In this document: piece after piece, positions 43,301 through 56,000 of the stretch
Layout of the letters: every line of letters begins with the position of its first letter
Numbering within the stretch: position 1 is the stretch's first letter
Assembly: GCF_963676685.1 (NCBI RefSeq)
Contig: NC_092346.1
Location: 65,844,001-65,908,000 of the forward strand
Reading direction: 5' to 3'
Length of the DNA: 64,000 nucleotides
Source of the DNA: Mytilus edulis
Lineage: Eukaryota
Translations under genes and position numbers: made by a program
The notes under the pieces: generated by a model
The model's input: only the letters and a program-made list of their open reading frames with translations
Database searches by the model: none
What the model was told of the DNA's origin: nothing

Positions 43301-43430
43301 GAACAAACATTAACAACTTAGATGACAACAATGATGATTCTTCAACAGAGAGATTGACAAGAGTTCTACCAAAACGAGATGCATCTGTCCGAGCTCGAGA
43401 GAACATCAAGAAATGGACTACCCAAAAGTG
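40376..43430 (+). pseudogene. BEL/Pao pol remnant (RT, RNase H, integrase) with a frameshift near 42660
   Basis: DIEKAFL, FGATSSP, LYVDN (RT); FVDAS, LELMA, WSDS, NPAD (RNase H); H..H..C..C, VDFTG, ISDNA, WWERFI (integrase); frame break between the second D and the E. Confidence 0.92.
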
Positions 43431-43599
43431 ATAGACTTCGTTAAAAGTGGAAGACTTCGTTAAAAGTGAATTTAATAAGTGAATTATTTGAATTTGTTTT
43501 AGAAAGACATTTTAATTATTTAATTTTCAGAAATATCTATTCGATTGACATTTAAAGTAATTAATAATTTCATATTTTAACTTTTGCCGGCCCCGAGAA

Positions 43600-43739
43600 T
43601 GTCGGGAATTTAGCGCGAATATATACATGTTAACGTTGCTACTTGACTTATGTAATTATGACGTTACTTATATAGCAATGGCTAGACGTTAGAATAAACA
43701 CGATCTATACACAACGCATTTTATCTACTTTACACAACA
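43600..43739 (+). repeat. 3' LTR
   Basis: Identical to the 5' LTR; preceded by ggccccgagaa. Confidence 0.95.
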
Positions 43740-43820
43740 AGGGGTTTTGAACAGTCAACATTATCGTAGACCAAATTTCAATTTCGAATTGTATCACATT
43801 GTAGTCATCGTATATATAGT

Positions 43821-44212
43821 ACAAAAGAGGGACGAAAGATACCAGAGGGACAGTCAAACTAATAAGTCGAAAATAAACTGACAACGCCATGGCTAAAAAT
43901 GAAAAAGACAAACAGACAAACAATAGTGCACATAGCACAACATATAAAACTAAAGAATAAACAATACGAACCCCACCAAAAACTAGGGGTGATCTCATGT
44001 GCTTCGGAAGGGTAAGCAGATCCTGCTCCACATGTGGCACCCGTCGTGTTGTTTATGTGATAACAAATCCGATAAATAGTCTAACTCGGTAGGTCACATT
44101 TATCAAAGGGAAGGGGATTGTAGTTATGACGTAAAGAACATATCCGATATCATTTGTGAAAAGGTTCTTTCATAACGGTCAACCAACTCATGATGGCGTC
44201 CGTAAAATTTAC
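43821..44212 (+). repeat. Interspersed repeat (SINE- or non-autonomous-element-like)
   Basis: Related copies at 39470-39645 (inverted), ~54470-54530 and ~55090-55170. Confidence 0.65.
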
Positions 44213-45559
44213 GGACATGTAAATCATTTAAGAGTTTGAAAGTTTCTAAAAGTACTTAAAAAAGGAATTAAAGGTTGAAAGCATGTTCATAAAATAATTT
44301 GAAGTCAACAATCTTTATTAATTCCAAGAGAAAAACATCAAGATATGAAGTAGACGTACTAGTTTTGTGGGTTTTTATAATCACAAGTTTGTTGGAATAA
44401 ATGAAATGCAAGCACTGTCAGAAAACTGGTTTCTAGAGTGACACGACATCATCATTATATTTCATAAAGAAAGTTTTGAATTTTATAAAATGTTGTTTTT
44501 CTTTTTGTCTTTGAGGAGGTCATTATGCATTATTATGCATTTATACATAGCAAGTCGGCACGTAGGCGTACATAGTTAGAACGACTTGTATAACCAACTG
44601 TTCTGACATTGAAGTCTCAATCCATTAATCCCAACCAATATATTGTTGATAAAAAAATCAAGCATTTTTCTTATAACATCTTTGGTGTATTTGCTGTTGT
44701 GATCAGTGTGGGTCTCAAAGGGATATGTTCCTAACCTTAATTAAGGTATTTGTACCTACTATTCCAATTTGTTAAGAAAAGGCTCTGTTAAATGAGACGA
44801 TGTAGTCGATCTTGTAATATACATGGGAAAAGAAGGGTAGAATGTTGAATATTTATACGTTTTTCTTGCTGCAGAATTGTAAAGATTGAGATTAGCTGTA
44901 AAAAAAACCAACCTCACGTAACTTAATATAATAATGCCTACCAGAAAACAACCCTTAATTTCTGGTTATAATAAACAGCGGTCTTTAAGTGGAATGTTGG
45001 ACTAGTTTAGAACATTGTTAACAGCAGAAGTGAAATTCGTTTTTCAATAACAAAAAGAAATGAGGATTGAAGATTTAAGATTAATTCTTCAGTTTGCAAA
45101 TCGTTGCATGTCAATATCATATCTTCACTTGCTGTAATAATCAGTCGATAAATAATTTGATATGTCCTAATTTTTTTTTAACCAGTTGTATTTGATAGAC
45201 ATGACAAAATAAAAGAATCTGATCCTTGAAAATACCAGATTGTTAATGAATATTGGAATCAAAACCCTTTACAGTCCATTGACGTGGTATAATAATCTTA
45301 TTTCCAACTCATATATGTATTTTTGTAGAGTCCATTCGTGGTATGTATTTTTTTTAAACCCATACCATTTAATAGTATCCTTTCATTATATATGATTTTT
45401 GTAGTGGTGACATGCATGGTATGTATTTTGTTTTGTAGTGACCATTAAACATATGTTATTCCTTCATGGTAAATGATTTGTGGTATCGACATTTATTGTA
45501 TTCCATTTATGTTATCTCCACTCATGGTATGTTATGTATGTTATCACTGTTCGTGATTT

Positions 45560-46205
45560 TTTGTTGTTGTTATACTCATGGTATGTGATGTTTTTGTTGT
45601 TGTTATATTTATGGTATGTGTTGTTTTTGTTGTTGTTATATTAGTGGTATGTGATGTTTTCGTTGTTGTATTTATGGTATATGATGTTTTGATGTCATCA
45701 TTCATAGTATATGATGTTTTGTTGTCATCATTCATAGTAAGTGATTTTTTGTTGTCATCATTCATTGTATGTGATTTTTTGTTGTCATCATTCATAGTAT
45801 GTGATGTTTTGTTGTCATCATTCATAGTATGTGATGTTTTGTTGTCATCATTCATAGTATGTGATGTTTTGATGTCATCATTCATAGTATGTCATTTTTT
45901 GTTGTCATCATTCATAGTATATGATGTTTTGTTGTCATCATTTATTGTATGCGTTTTTGTTGTCATCATTCATAGTTTGTGATGTTTTGTTGTCATCATT
46001 CATAGTATGTGATTGTTTGCTGTCATCATTCATAATATGTGATTTTTTGTTGTCATCATTCATAGTATGTGATGTTTTGTTGTCATCATTCATAGTATAT
46101 GATGTTTTGATGTCATCATTCATAGTATATGATGTTTTGATGTCATCATTCATAGTATGGGATTTTTTGTTGTCATCATTCATAGTATGTGATTTTTGTT
46201 GTTGT
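45560..46205 (+). repeat. 30-bp minisatellite (gttgtcatcattcatagtatgtgatgtttt)n
   Basis: Roughly 20 tandem units, degenerating at the left end. Confidence 0.95.
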
Positions 46206-49200
46206 CACCGATGATGGTTCACAAACTGTTAATAATCCATTAATGATTGTGATTTATATGGTAAGCCTTCACAGCATGGTATTTTTGTGAAGTCACCATA
46301 CATGGAGTGTTTTATGTTTCTCAACAAAAGAACAGTTCTCAAATATAACGACCACATATCACCTTAGTTTCATTACTTATATAAATAACAATTGTCTTTC
46401 ATTAGCTGCTTTATTTATCATTTATATAAGTAACAATATTTTATAAGCACAAGACATACACAACACGTTTAGCTAAACAGAATAACACCTAATAATGTCT
46501 TCCGAAGAAAAAAAAAAGAAACTTTAAAATAATAAATCGCCAATACATTTCAATAGGATATAACTTTCTTGTGTCTGTGAATTCTTTATTGAATTTTAAT
46601 TTCATGATGTAATTATCTGAATGATACTTTGAACATAATTTATTAGGAAAACATGAAGATGAATACACAATTGACGAAATAAAAATGATTTAATTTCTCA
46701 AATATGTTGATAATATAAGTTGAATTAACGTACTGTAGATAACCACAGTTGTGTTAAGTGTATGGTGATCTCATGTTGTAATCAAAGTGCTTTTAAGCAC
46801 TGGAGGGTAAACAGAGCTTTATTATATCAGTGGGAAGAAAAATTAAATTTGTCATTGTATAAAGCATTGGTTAAGGTTGAATCAACTATAATTATGGACA
46901 AAGGAAGATAACTCTAATTTTCAAGATGACTTTTGTTATTTTTAGGACAGATGCTAGATTCCTGCACCTTACAATAGTTATGTATTTTCTTGACAAATAT
47001 AACATCATTATGTATCTTGAATATGTGAGCATATATTTCATTGATGAATTTTAGGAAATGTTCATGGTTAAGATGTATAGAATGTTATGATCAATGCACA
47101 ATATTTTGTGTATCACAAAAGTAGTGATAAACCTTAAAATATTTAGATATCAGGCCTGTTCTAAAGGGTGTTGATTACGTTTCATGCAATCTTTACCCAA
47201 AAAGTGAATTTTAAGTTAAAAGAACTGTAATTAACAATCTATTTTATTTATTTGTTTAATATATTGCTAAAACATGTCAATCATTCCCCTTATTATCCTG
47301 GGTCGAGTTGAGATGAATAAAACACTGTCTAAATCGTTAAAAGTAAGTTGCACATGGTCTTTGATAAATCAAACAATTATATTGGAAGGATTTAGTCAAA
47401 AATAGTGCTTCTGAAATAAGTAAAACTCACGCTATTACTTTAAGTAAGATTTTAGACAATTATCTTTTTTCAACGACAAACATTAATAGGTGCAAATATC
47501 TACTAAAAGGAAACTATTTTAATAAAGTATTGATAAGCATCTAACTAAATTTTGGCACGAAATAGCACAAATGTTGAAAATGTTACTCGCTAATGTTACT
47601 CGCTCCAAAAAGATGCAATGCGATTATAGAAATACACGCATTCACAGAAGTCTATCATAGAAAATAAAAAAATAGATATAGAAAATCAGAAAAAAATATT
47701 ATGGAATGTTTATTCATTGGTTATCGGTAAAAAGAATATTCATGAATTTCGAAAAGGAAAGGTTTACTCTATAACGTTTCTATAGAATTATTCCATACTT
47801 TTGTCTTAGAACATTTATATTGACATAGAATTTTAAATATCTCTTAAACAACACTTTTAAACATTATATATGTATTTACTTTCGAGTGGGCTTCTATTAA
47901 ATCTGCATCAAATACAATGACATTCTACCTGCAACTCTGTTCATTGAATATTTAATGTTAAGGCTGATTAATTTGACATCTAAAAGGTCATAATATTGCT
48001 AAAATGGTTAAAATGCGCAGTAAATAGTAATGTCCATGAAAAACATCCTGTCAGAGCATTTTGTAGCCATAAAATTTTTGATTTCATAGTAACATACTTA
48101 ATGTATGGGTGCTTATATTGAAAATCCTTGTAGCTTTAAGGCCTTGTCTGCGTTTAAAGAAATCAAGAAGACTGTTATTAAGGTCATATCATATCTTTTT
48201 TGAGGAAATATTATTCTTAAAGTTAACAGTGTTCTTAGTTGATAAAGGTTCTATTAAAGCATTGACCACCTTTATGGAAAACAATGCACTATAATATTTT
48301 ACCATCTAGTTAACCTTTAAAAAAAAAAACCTAATAAACTCAGTATTTGAATGCAGTTAATGAAACGTGATGGATTTTCTCTAAATGCTTCATAACGTGA
48401 CAAACGGGAGACAACCATTCCTTCTTACAGTGGTAACAGCAAAAAAGACAAAATAAGATATCTATAAAGTGTGTACCTGGTTTTTTTAAACAGAAAAATA
48501 TTTATTCAAGGTAATATCATTACTCTTTTCTGCAGAAACATTTTCCACAATACCATTCAACAACACATTGTACATTTTATAATGTTAAAACGGACAAAAA
48601 TATAAATAAAACACATAGAAATCACGGTCATAAATTGAAGAAGCTGCAACAAGCAGCAAAATTATGGCACTCATCTGATGATATTTCCAGTGCAAAAATG
48701 TTTATCAGACTACAATGAAATTTTACAGTTTAACTTAAAAGCCTTGAATTTTTCTTTGTTCGTCAAATATTTAGTTTATTACAATAACAGAGTGACCACT
48801 TCCCTTATAACTTAATAAACAAATGAACATTATCAAATTTAACAGTTATAGAATAATCATATATTTATATATACATATAAATGTTCAATGTTGTTACTTC
48901 TTCAAAACATTTTATTATGTATATTCAAAGTTTATTTTCAATTAAAAAATAAGATAAAATGGTCGTATTTCTACAAATAAAAGTGCATTGTGTTTTGTGA
49001 GTAGTTCGATAGATTGACAAAAATGTGTAACTTATTTTCAGAAGTATTTTTCTTGCAATTTTACAGTACCTAAAACCAAAGTAAATACACATAGATTAAA
49101 CTAATATAACATACTGTAAACTGTTACTGTAATGCTAGCAATAATGTATTATTTTATCAATCTCCATATTAAAAAAATATTCATTCATAGATACATTTGT

Positions 49201-52200
49201 GTTTAAGAAATTATCCTACTACTCACAAAACAAAAACATTCTTAAGATGTTGATGACATATCAAATGACATGCCAAATTTTGGCCACGAGCATCACTGAA
49301 GAGACATGTATTGTCGAAATGCGCATCTGGTGCAAGAAAATTGATACCGTTAATTTTATGCATGTATTTAGAAGCTAAGATGAATAATATTCAACAATAC
49401 TGTACGTTATCTTGGCTTTCGTACAAGTACATCATATTCTGAGAACTGAAAAATTAGAATATACCATCATAACATATATTGTCGAAGCATTTGGTGGGAC
49501 ATTGTGATATAAAATGTACAGAAAATTACGGAGATAGGAAGAAAATAATAATCCAAAAACAAGTAACACATATATACAATTTACAGCCGCTATCAATGTG
49601 ACAATTTGATGATCTGAAGCAAGATGCCAGCGATGGATCTCATAACAATGAAAGTGATTTAGAAAACTTAAAAAGGAGTGGTTATTATACTTTCTTAATA
49701 CTGGAATTTTTGGAAAAATAGAAATTTAAACGGGGTGCAGATTAAATGCATTTCATATGCATTGATTGTAAGTTAGGTCAGTGACAGAAATGAAATGTAA
49801 GGGACGGATGGAAAGATGTTATATCACTCCAGATTTTTACATAATCCAAAATAGCACTAAACACCGTCCATGTCTGCAAATGAATATTCCTGGAGATGTA
49901 GTAACTCTTCCTTATATTTGACACAGTACCATTTATACATTTGACACTCAGTTAATATATAATTTAGTATTTGTCCTACCGTGACACTGCTAAGGCACAT
50001 AACAGAAAATATGAAAATCAAAATGAAATATCAAATAATTTATAATTGTGATCAAATTTTTAAATGTTTCATAAATTTTATTGGAAACTTGTTAAAGCTT
50101 TTTGATTTAAATAAAATACTTCCAATTTCATGTATTTAGAAGGAAAAAAATTTTTACAAATGGACAAAGCTTATAACAATGGAAACGGTAACAAGGGAAA
50201 GATCCCAACGCGAATATTACTTACAAATAAAATTAGTTAGAGAAAAAGTAAACAGAATTGTTAAAATAAATAATGTAACAAATATTAACAACAAGTATTT
50301 TAAGAATAAATTAAACATGTAAAATCCCTTAGTACTGACATATTCTAAAAATGATAAAAAGGCACATAGTGCCACATTATAACTTAAACAACTATAATAT
50401 TCAACATCATTTGAAAGGGAGATGTGAGCGATAAGAAACAATATACAAATATATTACAAGTAAATAAAACAAATGCCTTAAGAAGAAACAAGTGGTACGT
50501 TTGTCATTAGCTTACCTTTAAAAGATGGAAATCAACGAAAAGTTGTTTACTACAAGTCACGTTAAAATTGGAAATCGAAAACAATTATGAATGTGTATTT
50601 TGCTTTTTTATTGAAATTATGTTTACAGTTTTACTATATGTTTCCATACTGGAACATTTTTCAATCATTTAATGTTTGTATTTCAAATTTATTTAAACAT
50701 GCTGCCTAAAAGTTTTAAGGAATGTATGTTATATTGAAATAAGGGCATTTTTAATAAACTGTCAACTATTCTTTTAAAGAACACAGTTTAGTATACTATC
50801 ATTGTATAGAAAATGTACACGTAGCTGCCCACATTAACACAGAAAATTTCTGGAAATTTAATATGCTACATTCCTGTATATTTTGAGAAATAATACATAT
50901 TACTGCATAATTTGGAATAAGAAAACACCAATTACTCATTACAAAATTTAGAGTTTAAAAATGCTGCCAGTAGAGGATATTTGATATCCTTAGACATTGC
51001 ATGGACCAGTGAGGACAACACATTGAAAGTTAGTAAAATACTGCAGACCATTTATTTTTGCGTGCTTAAAATTATGAAGTTTTAATTGTAAGATTTAATG
51101 AAACATTAAGAGGAATAATTATATACAATCACTATATTAAATAAAAATACACGAACCTGTAGAGCCGCAAAAGTAAATCGGTGTCCAGTATTAGCATATG
51201 GATTATGAAAATCATAATAATCAAACGTCAAAGACTAACAACTTTATACTTCCGTAATCAGTGTCTGTATTTTGAATAAATAATTACATTTGCGTACACT
51301 CTCATTTAGACATCATTCAAAATGTTGAATGACATTGAAAGGCAATATTTTAAAAGGAAAATCTCAAAACCCTTAAGCATTATAATATCATATTATCCAC
51401 CTGAAGAATATAAATGATCTTTGCATTCATTTTTTGTATTTAAAGACAATATCGGATATCAAACAAAGCTTTAGAAGAATGGCAACCTTTAAGAAATGCC
51501 ATCTACAGCAAATTCGGTTTCAAGTAAGAATATTAGAAGTTAAAAGTTGTTAGTCTATTTTAACGTTTTATTTTCAACCTTTCCGATATATCTTATTATC
51601 ATTGTATAACATAACGTGCTGATAAGTGACCCAAGGAACAGAAAGGCACAGGAGATATTTCGTATCGGAGAATGCTGCCTCTTCTTGCACTGTGTTTTGC
51701 TGTTTAAATAATGTATACACTTGTTATACATAATAAGATTTTTCATGAAAGAACAAATTGCTGCTTTGAAATGTTCACTGCCCTTAAGAATTGGAATGTT
51801 TGATATCCCCTGGTCACTTATCAGTTCATTTCATTTCATTCCATAGACGGCTACACATGAATAAACCTTTTCCCAAATAAGAATTACTTTTTTTTTGCAA
51901 AATGGCCTAAACAGTTTTATGATCAATTTATTCTAATAACAATTGTGTGTTCCAACTGGTGTTTTGTAGCTGCTTACAACAATATCTGCAAATCATAACC
52001 ATGCTTGATCAATGGATGCAAATGAGTTATGGTATAAACAAACAACGCCATTTTGAATGGACCAAGTATATAGTAAATACATAATGACTGATTTTATCAA
52101 ATGCCTGATAATATATGATCAATGAGCAAATGTTTTAAAATAAATCTAAGACATAGTATCGTTCATATCTGTACCAGCAAATTTCTGTCCAAGATATATC

Positions 52201-52594
52201 ATTCTGAATTTACATGAAGTCACTTCAATTTAAAATATTGTTCGTTTTGCAAAATGTATAATTTCACCAAAATTCAAGAATGTTTTTTTACTCATGGAGT
52301 GTGACGTATTATTTCATTTATCAATTCACCTTTCTACAAATATTATAGTTTTAAACAATTAATAGCTTTTTATGGACAAAAAAATGAAACAAATAAAAAA
52401 CAACTTTTCTGAATAATACATAAAAAAATACTATTATTAAAATGTTATAAGAACTAATTCAGTGTCGAATGAACAATATTTCAAAAGTACAGAAGAAAAG
52501 TTTACTTCGGGACCTGCCTCGCTCATAATAAACATAATATTGCCATAATTCACAATCAATGTCCTAATAGAAATAATTTATAACAACTATGTTT

Positions 52595-53013
52595 TTAACC
52601 TTTCTTACTAGGATCATGTAACTTAAAGGCGACAAAAACGTTGCTGCCAAGCATTAAATTCAAATATTTGTGCTCTGATATGTTCATTCCCAAAGAATCT
52701 CTTTGGTGAAGTCTTGTAAATAAACAATATGCGTATGGTTGGAAAACCAAGCTTCCCGCTGCTCTAACTACGTCTGATTGTATTAAAACTTTTTCAGTGC
52801 TTTTCAACTGCATTTGCATTTTAAAATTAGGTGTAGGATTTGAAATGCATCTGTCCTCTGTTCTTAAACATTGTGTCATAAACACGAAGTACATCCCACT
52901 GTCATCAATGTGAAGTCCGTTGTTATCCACACGCATTTCTGTATGCTCACCAACAAGATCGCTGATGAAACTTAAATTGTAAGTGGGATTTGGGCATGGT
53001 TGTTGTCTTCCAA
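52595..53013 (-). CDS. Terminal exon of a host TNF-superfamily-like ligand gene
   Basis: gtttcag acceptor at 53014; open frame GRQQPCPNPTYNLSF...NNGLHIDDSGMYFVF...TRLHQRDSLGMNI...SNVFVAFKL fits the TNF homology domain pattern; upstream exons not resolved. Confidence 0.65.
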
Positions 53014-56000
53014 CTGAAACAAAAGTAGACTTGTTTTAATACTTTATAATATAACCAGAGAAGCATACAGTATTTATTTTTTGTGTAATGTTATTTTTGA
53101 GTTCACAATAATGAATTGATTATGTAACGTTTTCCTGTATGGGTTTTGAAATGTGTAAATTCAGCATCGAAAGTATATCATAAATACTAAAACTTTAAAT
53201 TGTATAATCCAACTAATAACAAATGTAATCGCCATCTTAGTATGTATTAAGTCGTTAGAGAAAGATAGTTAACAGAACATCATTCCAGTTGTGGTCATAT
53301 TTTGAATTACAATAACCAAAATTATGAATCTACGGATTTGGCTAAGTGAATGCAAGAAATTGTATACTGTTTTGATATATACAATGAGAAAATTAAACGT
53401 GTGGTCGTTTCAGTTTAAAAGTGAAGTATTTTGAATCTTAGATGTGGACAAGATGTATTCTGACTAATGTCAGTATTTGTATTCTTTAATGTTATATTAC
53501 ATACTTGCCTTTAAGGCTTCTAACTTTTTGCATACAGTATTTAATGGAAAGTTGTGAATAACAGATATTACTTACAGGATGACAAACAAAATATTAATCT
53601 GGAAGAATATCTTGAGAGGGATGATGTTCCTCACTTTCGACATTTTGCATAAATGGTGAGACTATAAATGTAGTTTTCTTTTTATAAATGTGTAAAGATG
53701 GAAAAGAAATACTGTACGTCCTAAATTCTGACACTTTGGACAAAAAGGAGTTTGCACAATGGTTAGTGTTGGTACGTACAAAGATAGGGGATTATCTTGG
53801 ATGTTTATCTTAAGCAATTAATTACTTATTCTTATATAGATACGTGCACATTATAATAATACGGCATTGATTTATAAGGTCTCTCAACCTCAAAACCTTC
53901 TCAAGCAGGTTGTGCGGTATAACGATTGAAATTGACACTATATAACTTTAGTGGAACTGGTCACGCATTGGTTGGCCGAAATGATATACAAGTGTCTCTA
54001 ATCACTATAGACGTATATTCACGGTGTAAAGTGGGAGGTTTAGCTAACTATAAAACCAGGTTTAATCAATCCTTTCTACATAAGAAAATGCCCGTATCAA
54101 GTCAGGAATATTACAGTTGTTTTCCATTCGTTTGATGAGTTTGAGCTTTTGATTTGCCAGTTACTTAGGGACTTTCTTTGTAGAATATTCCTCGGAGTTT
54201 GGTATATTTTGTATTTCTTGTTTTGTTATTTCTTCGAGACCAGAAAAAGTTGTCGGATCCAAAAATTATCTAATGTAACTTTTTCCTTTTCGTGACGACG
54301 ATTTTTGACTGGGCCATAGCAGTAGGCGCTTTTCTTGTGGAAGCATCAAGTCTGGTTCCGTTTGAAATTCATACGTTTATCGTGGTTTTTCCCTTGTATA
54401 TTCCAAAATAATGTACTAGTGTTTAACATCGATGAACTACTATTGATTCTTTTCTATAATTCACTGAGAGTTGAAAGATACCAAAGGGATATTCAAACTC
54501 GTAATTCGAAAATATACTGACAATGCTTTGGCAAATGCATTACAAAACGCGAGTATCATTTTAACTACAGTTAGCAGACATAATCATTATAATACCCAAT
54601 TAAGTACGTTTTAACTGGCCTCAAGTCATATTCGTGAAATTTTGTAGTATTTGACACAAGTGAAATAATTGATGTTGAAATTTGTTGGGGTATGTTCCTG
54701 ATGAAGATTAATCGAGAACAAATTTTCGGATGCACCAAATTTATACAGTTTCATTTTTATGTTTCCTCAATAATTTTCGATTTATGTTTTCTTCAATACA
54801 TTTAGTTGTCTGCGATAATACTAGTTTGAGTATAAATAATGTTCAGATCTCGTACAAACTCGTTAATTCACAACAGATGCTTCGTCAATCTGTCAGTGTG
54901 TGCTATTTAGTGCTGAGTTGTAAAAAGGAAATACATACAGATTGCATTTGAAAAATGTCAAAATACTAAAAAAAAAATAGAAGTCAAATAAAAGATAATA
55001 TCATGGTCAGAAAGAAAAAAGAACTATTAAAAATTAAACTGGTTCATAAATCACTACACTGAAAATACAGATTTAAGAAACAAACACCATGATAACACTG
55101 AGGTTGAACACAGACGCTCCTGGAGTGTAAGCAGTTCCTGTTTTCCTAGTTGCATTTGTCGTGTTATTCACTTCAAGTTAATTGACTGTCTTAACACTGG
55201 ATCCATTTGATTTAGGATGTGTACTCATTATTGTATTAAGTCTAAGATACTGAGCTTTTCTTTATTACTTTATCGTCTTTGAATTAGCTGTCAATAACTG
55301 CGATAACCCTTAGATCTGTACCTTGCGTACTAGTATTTTGTGTGTTGTTATTTTTGTACTTTGTATGAAGTGATGAGTGAATCCCTTATCACCAGTTCGT
55401 TCTTATGTTTTGCTGTTTCATCACTGTTTCAGGTTAATGGATTGCGTTGGGCGTCCGCAAACATGTTTTATACACTATATATGTGCTTATCACAAGCCAG
55501 TAGCCTGTAGTTTAGTTGCTGTGGTTTGTCCAAAGTGTGTTGTTTTTTTGTTTTTTACTTACACCAAGCCGTTCTTCTCGTTTGGATTGTTTATATTCGG
55601 ACTGTTATAGCTAACTGAGAGTCATTTTTGAAGGCCGTACGGTGACCTATAATTGCATATAAATTTGCACCGGCGAGTTTGTTCAAGGTTCAACACATTT
55701 TCGACTTGATAACGACCATTGCACTTTCTGGAAAATGATTGTTTTGCCTTTGTAAACTGTTCTTGCGCTGCGTTCTTATACATAGTATTAACTGTTCATC
55801 TCTTTGAACCATGTTAAGATAAACTGTTTTTGCAGTTACCTCATATCTAGTAGAAAATTTACTTGAAGTACGCATATCTAGTATAAAATGTTCTGTAGTA
55901 ACCTCATATCTGGTATAAAGTGTACTTGCACTGAACGAACTGTTTATGCATTGAACTCATATCTAATAGATATGATAATTTTATAAAGAGGAGTTGATGA

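Larger units (their letters stand above)
40217..43739 (+). mobile_element. BEL/Pao LTR retrotransposon, internally deleted (no gag or protease)
   Basis: Identical 140-bp TG...CA LTRs, TSD AGGGG (40212-40216, 43740-43744), PBS, RT-RNaseH-IN order. Confidence 0.95.

Noticed and set aside
40435-43409. Several minus-strand ORFs within the BEL element
   Set aside because: Antisense shadows of pol with no motifs
43705-44040. 111-aa hydrophobic ORF
   Set aside because: Lies in an interspersed repeat and runs into the LTR
45544-46214. MNDDNKTSHT and hydrophobic repeat proteins
   Set aside because: A 30-bp unit gives open frames on both strands by chance, and the frame breaks at ~45950
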